Of a stretch of DNA of 64,000 bases, positions 1 through 8,651 are shown piece after piece. A program made the translations under genes and the position numbers. Origin of the DNA: a virus. Lineage: Duplodnaviria > Caudoviricetes. How positions within the stretch are numbered: position 1 is the first letter of the stretch; every line of letters begins with the position of its first letter. The DNA lies in IMG/VR virus record IMGVR_UViG_3300044852_000047, positions 1-64,000 of that record; one strand, 5' to 3'. Below the pieces are notes generated by a model. The model was not told the origin of the DNA and did not search any database. It was given only the letters and a program-made list of their open reading frames with translations.

Positions 1-1
1 C

Positions 2-193
2 CGCCGAGGCGGAATAATTCTCGGGCCGCAGGTCGGGGTCACCGCACCGGAGAATTATTCCGCCTCGGCGGTGGCCTTTGGGCAGTACTGGCTGGAGGCC
101 GGCACGTACGACTGCACGGGTCTCATCAGCTTCCAATACAACACGCGGATCATCGGTAGCACCGCGGTGAACGCCTTGGGGATCAAGCGATGA
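2..193 (+). CDS. C-terminal fragment of a tail/tail-tip protein (5' end outside window)
   Basis: Open frame from base 2 (RRGGIILGPQVG...NALGIKR*); TGA overlaps next ATG (ATGA). Confidence 0.6.
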   Translation, partial: RRGGIILGPQVGVTAPENYSASAVAFGQYWLEAGTYDCTGLISFQYNTRIIGSTAVNALGIKR

Positions 194-546
194 GTACAGA
201 CGTAACTTACTACCTTAAAGGGGATGGCCGGATCGTGGCGGCGGGTACCACCTTCGACCCGGACGCGGTACGCCCTCCCGGCACTGAGATGGTGCTGGGG
301 GTGGCGGGTGATCCGCTGAATGATTATGTCGTGCACGGAGAAGTGCACCCACGCCCAGTATTACCGGTGCGTTTACAAGGGCACTGGTTATTGGAAGTTC
401 CGCGGGGCGCCTCGGTAAACATTGACGGCGCAAGTTATGCCGCCGACGGTTCGGCCATTGAATTAAGTTTCAACTATAAAGGAACGTACGCGGTGTCTGT
501 GACACTCTGGCCGTACCATGACTGGAGTATTCAAGTTGAAAATTGA
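190..546 (+). CDS. Tail-module hypothetical protein
   Basis: 118 aa, coupled to upstream stop, lies in tail cluster. Confidence 0.7.
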   Translation: MSTDVTYYLKGDGRIVAAGTTFDPDAVRPPGTEMVLGVAGDPLNDYVVHGEVHPRPVLPVRLQGHWLLEVPRGASVNIDGASYAADGSAIELSFNYKGTYAVSVTLWPYHDWSIQVEN

Positions 547-706
547 ACACACGCGAGATCATCAGGAAGTTCGTGCGGCGGCGTACCCGAGTGTGGAGGA
601 TCAACTCGATATGTTGTGGCATGCGATGGATCAAGGCACCGCACCTAAAGTAGAACCTTTCTACAGCCGGATTAAAGAGGTGAAAGAGTATTACCCAAAA
701 CAGTAA
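536..706 (+). CDS. Small tail-associated protein (track start 518)
   Basis: GGAG at 524-527 before TTG at 536; RAAAYPSVEDQLDMLW motif typical of small tail-fibre-adjacent proteins. Confidence 0.6.
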   Translation: MKIEHTRDHQEVRAAAYPSVEDQLDMLWHAMDQGTAPKVEPFYSRIKEVKEYYPKQ

Positions 707-854
707 CTGAGTTACTCTATGCCGGGACGGCATCTGGACCCTTGTTTAGTTGCACTCAGCGGCAATAACTTGTTCCCTGTTTATTCGGATGGGGGAGAAG
801 TCACCCACTTCACACAGTTCATACGGTTCTTCTCACTCAGCAGAGGGTATATAC

Positions 855-1259
855 ATGCCTGCTTTTTCCGATTACCTGGAAAACACTCTGGTCAATGCCA
901 CGTTGCGCGGCGGTACTTATACCGGCGGCGGCGTGTTTGTGGCCTTGTTTAAATCTGACCCGACCGATGCCGGTACCGGCGCGGAACTGACCGACTCCGG
1001 TTATGTTCGCCAGCGTGCGCACACTACCGTGGCCTCGGATGGTTTCACTGTACCGAGTAACGGTTCCACCAGTAATGCCCGCAACTTGATCTTCCCGGCC
1101 ATTGTCCAGGTACAAGTAGCGATTACCCACTGGGGCATCTTCGATGCGCAAACCAACGGTAACTTGTTGTACTACGCACCAATGTTGAACCCTAAGACTC
1201 TGGACCCGACTGACGTACTGTCGTTCCCGATCGGTTCGCTCATCGTGACGTTGGACTAA
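855..1259 (+). CDS. Virion tail-fibre-associated protein
   Basis: FSDYLEN...VALFKSDPTDAGTGAE...ITHWGIFDA..GNLL conserved phage tail domain; GAGGG upstream of ATG 855. Confidence 0.75.
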   Translation: MPAFSDYLENTLVNATLRGGTYTGGGVFVALFKSDPTDAGTGAELTDSGYVRQRAHTTVASDGFTVPSNGSTSNARNLIFPAIVQVQVAITHWGIFDAQTNGNLLYYAPMLNPKTLDPTDVLSFPIGSLIVTLD

Positions 1260-1263
1260 GCCT

Positions 1264-2652
1264 ATGTCCATGCGCTTCGGCTCAGACCTGTTTACCGGTT
1301 TAGCGACCGGTTTTGTCGTCGCCTCTGGACTGGCCTTGGCCGGTGCTGCCGGGTCGGCGCAACTGACCACGACTCGTTTCATGGCCGGTACCGGGTCGGC
1401 CGGCGCGGTGGCACAAGCGTCGGTTCACCGTGACCTGTACGCGCAAAATAGTTCGATCACTGCGGGTGCGGTTGCCTCCGGCAATGCCCGCGGTACCTAT
1501 TCCAAATTGGGCCTGGCGATTGCCGGGGCCAATGCCAGCGGCACATCGTGGTACCAGGCGTTTGCTCACGGCAACTTGTCGATCCAGGCCCAGGCTTCGG
1601 CCAATGGTTTGCGCCTGGCGCGGATCTACCCGTACCACGCCCAAGCCGGGGCCGATGGCCAGGCACAGGGCTACACCTTTCAATACGGGCAGACCACCCC
1701 GGCCAAAGGTGAAGCGACGGCGTTCGGTACCACCTACTTCGTTGGACATGGTTTAAGCCCCGCCGGGGCTACGGCCTCGGCCTCGGTGCACAAGCAGGCC
1801 GGCTTTGCCGGAATCGGGTCCGCTACGTCGGTGGGCAGCAGTAGCGCTGCCAAACGTACTGCCGGCTCCACCGGTACCGGGCTGGGCAATGCCAGCCTGT
1901 TCGGTGACGCCGCGGTCAAGAAGACCGGGGTGCGGTATTTCCAGGGTGTGGGCCAAGCCAAGGCGGGTGCGGTCGGCTCGACCCTGTCGGTGCTGGTGTT
2001 CCAGCAGCAGCATGCGCTGGCCACCTCCAACCTCTACGGCACCCTGACCGCCATGTTCGGCGGCAAGGGGCAGGGTTACGGAAATGCCTCGGGTTATGCC
2101 GACGCGATTGGCGCCACCACCGGGGTTACCGGCGTGCCGGCGACCACCACCGCGTACGGCAATGGCCGTGCTCAGGTGAACTTCTTGGCCAAGAGTACTG
2201 GGCGTGCCGGTTCGACCTCGTCCAGTGCCCTGAATGCGGTGGTCAAACACACCGCGGCGCCGACCCAACCGGGGCTGGGCAATGCCAATGGCCGCGCCAC
2301 CGCGTACGTGACCAAGCTGGTCTACGCCACCGGTCAAGCCGGGGCTACCACGGCCACCTTCCCGGTCAAGACCCAAAGCGTGTCCAGTACCGCGCTGGCC
2401 CGCGCCACCTTGAATTCTCCCGGTATCCGGCTGGACGTGGTGGTGTCGGTCATTGCCCGGGCGACGGCCTACCAGGAACAGGAAGCCGTCCGCCAAGTAT
2501 TCGGCCAGGGCCAGATCACCGCGCTGGCGCTGGGTCAGGGTTACAACCAGGTCAACGACTTCCTGCGGGCACCGGCCGAACGCACGCTGTATTCCCTAAT
2601 AGAAGACCGTCTGCTGGCAACCGCCACAGAAGACCGCTTGATCACTGTGTGA
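1264..2652 (+). CDS. Ala/Gly-rich virion tail protein
   Basis: 462 aa, Ala/Gly/Thr-rich repeats, position in tail module. Confidence 0.65.
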   Translation: MSMRFGSDLFTGLATGFVVASGLALAGAAGSAQLTTTRFMAGTGSAGAVAQASVHRDLYAQNSSITAGAVASGNARGTYSKLGLAIAGANASGTSWYQAFAHGNLSIQAQASANGLRLARIYPYHAQAGADGQAQGYTFQYGQTTPAKGEATAFGTTYFVGHGLSPAGATASASVHKQAGFAGIGSATSVGSSSAAKRTAGSTGTGLGNASLFGDAAVKKTGVRYFQGVGQAKAGAVGSTLSVLVFQQQHALATSNLYGTLTAMFGGKGQGYGNASGYADAIGATTGVTGVPATTTAYGNGRAQVNFLAKSTGRAGSTSSSALNAVVKHTAAPTQPGLGNANGRATAYVTKLVYATGQAGATTATFPVKTQSVSSTALARATLNSPGIRLDVVVSVIARATAYQEQEAVRQVFGQGQITALALGQGYNQVNDFLRAPAERTLYSLIEDRLLATATEDRLITV

Positions 2653-2659
2653 GGACGTC

Positions 2660-2980
2660 ATGAAAGTCTTTCAGAAACAGCCCCGTGACGTCCTCGACTA
2701 CGACGTGGACATGTCCGCTTGGTTCGCCGGCATTCCCGGGGACGACATTCAGTCGGTCTCGGTGAGCATCAGCGCACTGAGTGAAACCATCCCGGCCTTG
2801 GTGGTCGGTTCCCCGGTACACAGCGCGACCCCGGTCTTGCTGGGCTCGGTACCGGTGAGCTTCAAGGTGTGGCTGAGCGGGGGTACGGACTACGAAGACT
2901 ACGTCGTCACCTGTCTGGTGACCACGGAGCAGGACCGAACCAAAGAAGTGGAATTCAAACTGAAGGTGCGTGACCTATGA
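2660..2980 (+). CDS. Putative fibre-tail adaptor protein
   Basis: KQPRDVLDYDVD...VWLSGGTD..Y.VTCLVTT..RTKE motif; GAGG RBS. Confidence 0.7.
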   Translation: MKVFQKQPRDVLDYDVDMSAWFAGIPGDDIQSVSVSISALSETIPALVVGSPVHSATPVLLGSVPVSFKVWLSGGTDYEDYVVTCLVTTEQDRTKEVEFKLKVRDL

Positions 2981-5115
2981 GCTATGCAAACCTGGTCCTG
3001 AGTCAGGTGTCGGTGCCTCTGAGCGTCGGAGCCACCACCATTACCCTGATCGACATTGGCGCACCGTACCAACTCCCACCCACCGGCGGCGGTATCCTGG
3101 TGCTGTCCGACAGTCCGGCCAAGCCCAGTGTGGTGGAGATCATCAAGTACACCAGCCGCAGCGGCTTGGTGTTGTCCGGGGTGACCCGTGGACAGGAAGG
3201 CACCACGGCATTGGCCTGGGCCTTGCCGACCTTCTCGCTGATGTCACTGACGGCGCAGGACTTCCAGACTCAACTGGACAGCAAGGAACCGTCCATTGCC
3301 GTGGGGACCACGGCGCAGTACTGGCGCGGGGACAAGTCCTGGCGCGACTTCATGACGGACGTCCGTGCCAGTACCTTGACTGGCTTGTCGACCGCGACCA
3401 ACGCCGTGATCAGCGCTACCGACACGGTGCTCAGTGGTCTGGGTAAACTCCAGAAGCAGATCAGTGATGCGTCTACCAACCTGGCGGGTAACGTACGCTC
3501 GACGGTCCTGACCGGTTATGTCAGCGGGACCAACGCCGCGCTGGCCGCCACCGATACACTGTTGGCAGCGTTCGGCAAGGTACAAGCCCAGCTGGATGCC
3601 AAGGCGACCTTGGCCAGCCCAGCATTGAGTGGAACGCCAACGGGACCCACGGCTGCCAGTGGCACCAATACCCTACAACTCTCCAACACAGCATTTGTGC
3701 AGCAGGAGATTGCCAAGCTAATTTCTTCGGCGCCGGGGGCGCTGGACACCTTGGCGGAACTGGCGGCAGCGATGGGCAACGATGCCAACTTCGCAGCAAC
3801 CATGACCACGGCACTGGCCGGCAAAGAGCCGTCGATTACCGCGGATCTGGTTAGTTCGTTCTACAGCGGTAGCAAGACCTGGCGGGATCTGCCGACTGAC
3901 GTGCGTGCCGTGGTGCTCACGGGTTTGAGTGTGGCCACTAACTCGGCGGTCGTCGCCGGTGATTCGATTCTGGTAGGGCTCGGCAAACTACAAGCTCAGG
4001 TCACTGCCCTGGGTACCAGCAAGCTGTCGTTGTCCGGCGGTACGTTGTCCGGGGCACTCAACGAAGCGCCACCGGTGACCTTGGCTTCCGCTGCTACGGT
4101 GAACATTGGCGCAGCTGCGGCCAACTCGGTGACCATCAGCGGTACCACGACCATCACGGCGTTCGACACGGTCGCTGCGGGTATTACCCGTAAGGTGACG
4201 TTCTCTGGTGCTCTGACACTGACCCACAACGCCACCAGCTTGCAGCTCTTGACGGGGGCCAGTATTGCCACGGCGGCGGGTGACACCTCGGAGTTCGTAT
4301 CACTGGGGGCCGGTAACTGGGATTGCCTTTGGTACCAGCGTGCCAACGGTAAAGCCATTGGCTTGGGCAACGTCGACAACACCAGTGACGCCAACAAGCC
4401 AATCAGCACCGCTACACAGACCGCATTGAACCAGAAGGCGGATGCCGCCGGTGTGGTACCTCCCGGGATGACCGGCGACTTCGCCACTTTGCTGGCACCG
4501 ACTGGCTGGTTGGACCAGGATGGGGCGGCCGTGTCGCGGACTACTTACGCCGCGCTGTTCGCCGTGATGTCGGCGGCCATTGTCGGTAACACCACTTCCG
4601 GCAGTGCCGTGATCGCTGCGGTGGCCGCCACCAACGCCATGTGGGTCGGCATGCCGATCTCAGGTCCGGGTATTCCAGCCGGCGCCACGGTGTTGTCGAT
4701 CGTGACCAATACAAGTGTGACCCTGTCGGCCAACGCCACCGCCACCGCGACGGGCATCACGGCCACCATCTGCCCGTACGGTGTCGGTAACGGCACCACC
4801 ACCTTCAACGTGCCAGACAAGCGTGGTCGTGTCGGTCGCGGTTGGGACAACGGCGCTGGGGTGGACGTCAACCGGGTACTGGGCAGCTTGCAAGCCGACC
4901 AGAACGCCTCGCACACCCACGGTGTCACGGACCCAAGTCACGCCCACTCGACGAGTACGTCGCCGGGTACTGCCTATACCGCCGGTGGCGTGTGGGGTGG
5001 TACCGCAGTAGGTGGTGGTACGGGTGCGGCGGTCACCGGCATCTCTATTCAAGCCTCGGGCGGTACGGAAGCGCGGATGAAGAACACCTCCTACCGCGCC
5101 TGCATCAAATACTAA
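2977..5115 (+). CDS. Tail fibre protein with tail-collar domain
   Basis: Internal DVR..LTG...LGKLQ repeats; GWL..DGAAVSRTTYAALF and GNGTTTFNVPDKRGRVGRGWD collar motifs. Confidence 0.9.
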   Translation: MSYANLVLSQVSVPLSVGATTITLIDIGAPYQLPPTGGGILVLSDSPAKPSVVEIIKYTSRSGLVLSGVTRGQEGTTALAWALPTFSLMSLTAQDFQTQLDSKEPSIAVGTTAQYWRGDKSWRDFMTDVRASTLTGLSTATNAVISATDTVLSGLGKLQKQISDASTNLAGNVRSTVLTGYVSGTNAALAATDTLLAAFGKVQAQLDAKATLASPALSGTPTGPTAASGTNTLQLSNTAFVQQEIAKLISSAPGALDTLAELAAAMGNDANFAATMTTALAGKEPSITADLVSSFYSGSKTWRDLPTDVRAVVLTGLSVATNSAVVAGDSILVGLGKLQAQVTALGTSKLSLSGGTLSGALNEAPPVTLASAATVNIGAAAANSVTISGTTTITAFDTVAAGITRKVTFSGALTLTHNATSLQLLTGASIATAAGDTSEFVSLGAGNWDCLWYQRANGKAIGLGNVDNTSDANKPISTATQTALNQKADAAGVVPPGMTGDFATLLAPTGWLDQDGAAVSRTTYAALFAVMSAAIVGNTTSGSAVIAAVAATNAMWVGMPISGPGIPAGATVLSIVTNTSVTLSANATATATGITATICPYGVGNGTTTFNVPDKRGRVGRGWDNGAGVDVNRVLGSLQADQNASHTHGVTDPSHAHSTSTSPGTAYTAGGVWGGTAVGGGTGAAVTGISIQASGGTEARMKNTSYRACIKY

Positions 5116-5125
5116 GGGGTGACAC

Positions 5126-5617
5126 ATGCAAGTTTACAGCTACGACTCGGACAGCCTGCACTTCAACGGCGTGACTGTGGCGCAAGAGTGTCAGATTGAA
5201 GCCGGGGTGTTTCACCACCCGGCGTGGACCACCACGGAGATCCCGCCGAACTACAACCCGGCGACGCAGACCTGCCGTTTCCATGAAGGGCGGTGGGTGA
5301 TCGGGGTACGCACCTCGACCGAGTTACCAGTCAATGCCAGTCCAGGGGAAGTGGACGCAGCCCTGGCCGCGGACCTTCTCCACCTACGGGATGCCTCTCT
5401 GCGCAATAGCGACTGGAAAGTCCTGCGACACCAGGAAGAAGGCCTGCTGCGCCTCGAACCATCTCTGTCCCCACTCGAATGGCAGATCCTGCTGACTTAC
5501 CGCCAGTCCCTACGAGACTTGCCGTTGCAGCCGGGTTTCCCTCGAGTGGGTTTACCAGTGGAACACGCGTTACCACAGTTGGCTCAAGGAGTTGCACATG
5601 CCGTTACCGATCACTGA
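5126..5617 (+). CDS. Tail fibre assembly chaperone
   Basis: Follows the fibre; LRNSDW..L...W..Y RQSLRDLP.QPGFP motif. Confidence 0.8.
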   Translation: MQVYSYDSDSLHFNGVTVAQECQIEAGVFHHPAWTTTEIPPNYNPATQTCRFHEGRWVIGVRTSTELPVNASPGEVDAALAADLLHLRDASLRNSDWKVLRHQEEGLLRLEPSLSPLEWQILLTYRQSLRDLPLQPGFPRVGLPVEHALPQLAQGVAHAVTDH

Positions 5618-6029
5618 CAAAGACCGCGCCGTCCTTGCCCGCACATTGTGGGGCGAGGCGCGAGGAGAGGGGATTGCTGGCCAGCAAGCGGTGGCCTGGG
5701 CCATTCGCAACAGGGTCAACGATGGAAAGGACAAGTCCTGGTGGGGCGAGGGCTACACCGGGGTGTGTCAGGCACCGTACCAGTTCAGTTGCTGGAACAA
5801 GAACGATCCGAACTACCCGTACCTCAGTGGTGCGACGCCGATCCCCAAGGGCCAGATCAACCGGGCCACCGAAGCGGCCAATGCCGTGATCGATGGTTTG
5901 GTCAAGGACCCGACGGGCGGGGCGACCCACTACTACGCCCTGAGCATGCCCAAGCCGCCGGCCTGGGTGAAAGGCGCCACGCTGACCCTGACCCTGGGCC
6001 AACACAAATTCTATAAGGACGTCCCATGA
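5598..6029 (+). CDS. Cell-wall hydrolase (Hydrolase_2/SleB family), probable endolysin
   Basis: LARTLWGEARGE, AVAWAIRNR, YQFSCWN, DPTGGATHYY, GQHKFY; AGGAG RBS before ATG 5598. Confidence 0.9.
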   Translation: MPLPITDKDRAVLARTLWGEARGEGIAGQQAVAWAIRNRVNDGKDKSWWGEGYTGVCQAPYQFSCWNKNDPNYPYLSGATPIPKGQINRATEAANAVIDGLVKDPTGGATHYYALSMPKPPAWVKGATLTLTLGQHKFYKDVP

Positions 6030-6235
6030 AACCATTGATCTTTGTTGTACTGGCTTGTGTGGTGTTGTGGCTCTCGGCCTGCACCACGTTGCCCGCAGCG
6101 GCGCCGCTACCACAGGCGGTGGCCGGTTACTGCGCACTGCCAGTGACGGATCGGGCCATCAACCGCGCTGTCATCAACAGTCTGTTGCTGCCGAACACGG
6201 TGGCGATCACCTGTGCCGGGGACGCTATTCGATGA
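6026..6235 (+). CDS. Small lipoprotein, spanin candidate
   Basis: Lipobox LSAC after hydrophobic signal; coupled to endolysin stop. Confidence 0.6.
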   Translation: MKPLIFVVLACVVLWLSACTTLPAAAPLPQAVAGYCALPVTDRAINRAVINSLLLPNTVAITCAGDAIR

Positions 6236-6741
6236 CAGACCTCACGGCTGGGCTGCTCTACCCGTACATCGGTGCTGCACCAGGGCAGTTCACCCGTGTG
6301 CCGCAACTTCTGCCGTACAAGACCGGCGAGTGGGTGGTGATGGAGGACTTCGGCTACTTCCGCAAAGACGGTAGTTATCAGCATGTTCCCAAGTACTTCA
6401 TCACCGACCTGGCGTCGATTCCTTGGCTGGCGGAACCGATGTTTGCTGACACAGACAGTCGTCTGCCGGGGATCGTCCACGACGCCAGCTACTGCTTTAA
6501 CCAGAAGCCCAAGGCGTGGTGCGACAGCATGCTGTACGAGATGCTGCAAGTAACCGGCGCTCCGTTGATGCAGAGTCATCTGATCTACGCCGGGGTTAAG
6601 GTGGGCGGCGCTTCCCGATACGACGCTTGCAAGGGCGGACCCAAGGAAGAAGACTTCGCTTGGGAGCTGATGACACCCAGTGACGACTACCTCTACAAGC
6701 AGGCTTACGGGATTTGTCAAGTAGGTGCGGAGAGAGGCTGA
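6232..6741 (+). CDS. DUF1353-family protein
   Basis: VP..FITDLASIP, IVHD..Y, CDSMLYEML, IYAGVKVGG; ATG 6232 overlaps upstream TGA. Confidence 0.8.
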   Translation: MTDLTAGLLYPYIGAAPGQFTRVPQLLPYKTGEWVVMEDFGYFRKDGSYQHVPKYFITDLASIPWLAEPMFADTDSRLPGIVHDASYCFNQKPKAWCDSMLYEMLQVTGAPLMQSHLIYAGVKVGGASRYDACKGGPKEEDFAWELMTPSDDYLYKQAYGICQVGAERG

Positions 6742-6795
6742 GAAGACCCTAAAAACAGTACCCAAATGGAAACGGCGAAGTGTCTAGGATGGGGT

Positions 6796-6824
6796 TTGCA
6801 AGGCGGGGATGTGTCGGTTATTAT
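6796..6824 (+). promoter_or_regulatory. sigma70-like promoter directed into the attP core
   Basis: TTGCAA-17 nt-TATTAT. Confidence 0.6.
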
Positions 6825-6869
6825 GGTACACGTTTTACGGTCCAAGGCACGGTTTTACTGGGTTTCAGT

Positions 6870-6919
6870 AGCGGATTGCAAATCCGCCTACGCCGGTTCG
6901 ATTCCGACCTCGGCCTCCA
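6870..6919 (+). other. attP core: 3' portion of tRNA-Cys(GCA)
   Basis: AGCGGATTGCAAATCCGC anticodon arm, GCCGGTTCGATTCCGAC T-arm, CTCGGCCTCCA 3' end; no 5' acceptor or D arm; 100 bp from integrase. Confidence 0.9.
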
Positions 6920-6924
6920 CTATT

Positions 6925-6958
6925 AAAGCCCGTAAGATTAACGTCTTACGGGCTTTTT
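6925..6958 (+). terminator. Intrinsic terminator (likely bidirectional) after att core and int
   Basis: AAAGCCCGTAAGA-TTAACG-TCTTACGGGCTTT followed by T run. Confidence 0.85.
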
Positions 6959-6977
6959 CTTGCCTGTAGAAAAACAG

Positions 6978-7013
6978 GTGTACCAGAACTTTTGGGTACG
7001 TGTACCAGAACTC
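6978..7013 (+). repeat. Two 13-bp direct repeats GTGTACCAGAACT, putative Int arm-binding sites
   Basis: Copies at 6978-6990 and 7000-7012; partial inverted copy TGGTACAC at 6824-6831. Confidence 0.7.
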
Positions 7014-7016
7014 CGG

Positions 7017-8066
7017 TCATTTGGTCGGGCTAGCGATGGCACCGATGCGGCGATAAACGCGCTCGGTGATCCCTTCTTTAGAGTGGCCCAGTAGCAGACT
7101 GGCTTCGCCAATGTCATCAATTTCAGACGCGGCTTTCGGTCGAATGTCACGGAACTGAAACTCCATGATTCGTTGAGCCATGTCTTCGGAGCCTGCTTTG
7201 CGGGCTTTGTCTGCGGCCAGCAGTCGAGCGGCATCCCAACGATTCCTGAGCATCTGCCAGGACACTCGCAGACCCTGCTTGTTGAGGATGAAGTAGGGCG
7301 ATGGGTGTCCAGCATTGCGCAGGATGATGCTGTCCAGCAGCAGCCCCAGGGTATTACGTTCAGCGCCGAGGTTGAGCTTGATGCGCAAGCGCTTTTTGGT
7401 CTTGCCCTGTTGCACCGTCAGGAAGCCATTGACCATGTCGTCTTTGCGCATGGCGAGGACGTCGGAAGGTCGCTGCCCACTCAGGTAAGCCAGGTCCATG
7501 GCATCCTGCAATTCCTGCGGAGCTTGGTCATAGACGCTGAGCCATACGGTGTCATTGGCGTAGTAGTCACGCGGTGTCTCCTTGTTCTTGCCTACCCCTT
7601 TGCAGGGATTCTCCAGACGTGTCAGGCCCCATTCACGAGCTTTATTAAACACATGAGAGAACAGTGCCAACTCTCTGTTGGCTCTGATTTTTGCGCTACG
7701 GTTGTCGCGGTAGCTGGCAATCATGGACGGGGTGATGGCGTCGATAGGTGCTGAATCAAATACCATACGCAACTGCTTGAGTTCCTTCGCATTGTCCTTC
7801 TGCGTGCGCTCGGCTTTCTTCGGGATGATGTCTTTGGCGTAGCGATCAAAGATCGACCGCATGGTGGTGAGGTCGGCTGGCTTGTCCTTGGCTTCCAGCT
7901 CGGCCCATTTAAGACGGGCCTGGTCCAGGTCTTTGCCAAGCTGAATGTCGATACCATCCGTGCCCCGGTAGACGTAGGTGGTCCACACGTCGCCGTTCTT
8001 GCGCGTACGGTTCTTCTGGTACATCCGAGGAGGCAGGTGGTGGTTCTTAGTGCTGCGTGGGCGCAT
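7017..8066 (-). CDS. int: Tyrosine recombinase (phage integrase)
   Basis: GQRPSDVL (R), FRDIRPKA, LLGHS...T..VY catalytic motifs; likely start MRPRS at 8066 overlapping xis stop (TAATG). Confidence 0.95.
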   Translation of the reverse strand: MRPRSTKNHHLPPRMYQKNRTRKNGDVWTTYVYRGTDGIDIQLGKDLDQARLKWAELEAKDKPADLTTMRSIFDRYAKDIIPKKAERTQKDNAKELKQLRMVFDSAPIDAITPSMIASYRDNRSAKIRANRELALFSHVFNKAREWGLTRLENPCKGVGKNKETPRDYYANDTVWLSVYDQAPQELQDAMDLAYLSGQRPSDVLAMRKDDMVNGFLTVQQGKTKKRLRIKLNLGAERNTLGLLLDSIILRNAGHPSPYFILNKQGLRVSWQMLRNRWDAARLLAADKARKAGSEDMAQRIMEFQFRDIRPKAASEIDDIGEASLLLGHSKEGITERVYRRIGAIASPTK

Positions 8067-8305
8067 TATCTGAGTCCTGAAAAGTCGGGCGTCCACGCCG
8101 GTTTAGGGAGGGGAGGCGCCACGGCGGTAGTCGGGGAGGGGAGTCCGAGTTTCATTCGGGCGTATTGCCGGCCCACCAGGGGGCGCTTGCCGCGACTTTC
8201 AACGAAGTGCCACTCACGTTCTTTAAGCCAGCGAATCTGCCAGCCGCGGGCAACATACCCGGTCATATCGGCTAGTTCTTCCTCACTGAGGATTTCGGTT
8301 TCCAT
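8066..8305 (-). CDS. xis: DUF4224-type excisionase / recombination directionality factor
   Basis: LSEEELADMTGY....QIRWL...G.RPLV motif; directly upstream of int. Confidence 0.8.
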   Translation of the reverse strand: METEILSEEELADMTGYVARGWQIRWLKEREWHFVESRGKRPLVGRQYARMKLGLPSPTTAVAPPLPKPAWTPDFSGLR

Positions 8306-8335
8306 GACGGCTACACCAGACAGAGGGGATTGAGG

Positions 8336-8599
8336 TTATTCGTCATAACCGTGTTCCCGCTGGCGCCTAGCTTTGGTCATTACTGCCCGAACCTCAGCAA
8401 TTAAGCTGTCGTTGTCCACGAACTGGTATTCCCCGCGCTCCATACCGAACATGAAGTCCTCGATCGCGTCGTTGTAGGCCGGGATATGACCTTGCGCACA
8501 ACAGACAACTTCATCGCCGTTGGAAGTACGCGGAAAAGTTTTTTGCTTGGTGTCACGAATCACCAGGGTGTCGTAACGAGTCTTCTTGGCTTGGGTCAT
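8336..8599 (-). CDS. Hypothetical protein
   Basis: 87 aa, GGAGG RBS. Confidence 0.7.
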   Translation of the reverse strand: MTQAKKTRYDTLVIRDTKQKTFPRTSNGDEVVCCAQGHIPAYNDAIEDFMFGMERGEYQFVDNDSLIAEVRAVMTKARRQREHGYDE

Positions 8600-8611
8600 G
8601 TGACCTCCAAT

Positions 8612-8637
8612 AAAAAACCCCGCACTTGGCGGGGTTA
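8612..8637 (-). terminator. Intrinsic terminator after holin
   Basis: Minus strand AACCCCGC-CAAGT-GCGGGGTT-TTTTA. Confidence 0.8.
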
Positions 8638-8651
8638 GTTCGGAAACTTAA

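Noticed and set aside
1-6741. Tail module displaced from other structural genes as a novel rearrangement
   Set aside because: A reverse-oriented tail/lysis block among replication genes is, as I recall, seen in known Pseudomonas N4-like phages
6845-6919. Complete tRNA-Cys gene
   Set aside because: The 5' acceptor strand and D arm are missing; only the 3' ~50 nt match, which is typical of an att core
6741-7017. Prophage boundary (attL/attR) with host DNA
   Set aside because: Both flanks are phage genes (DUF1353/lysis and integrase), so the site is attP
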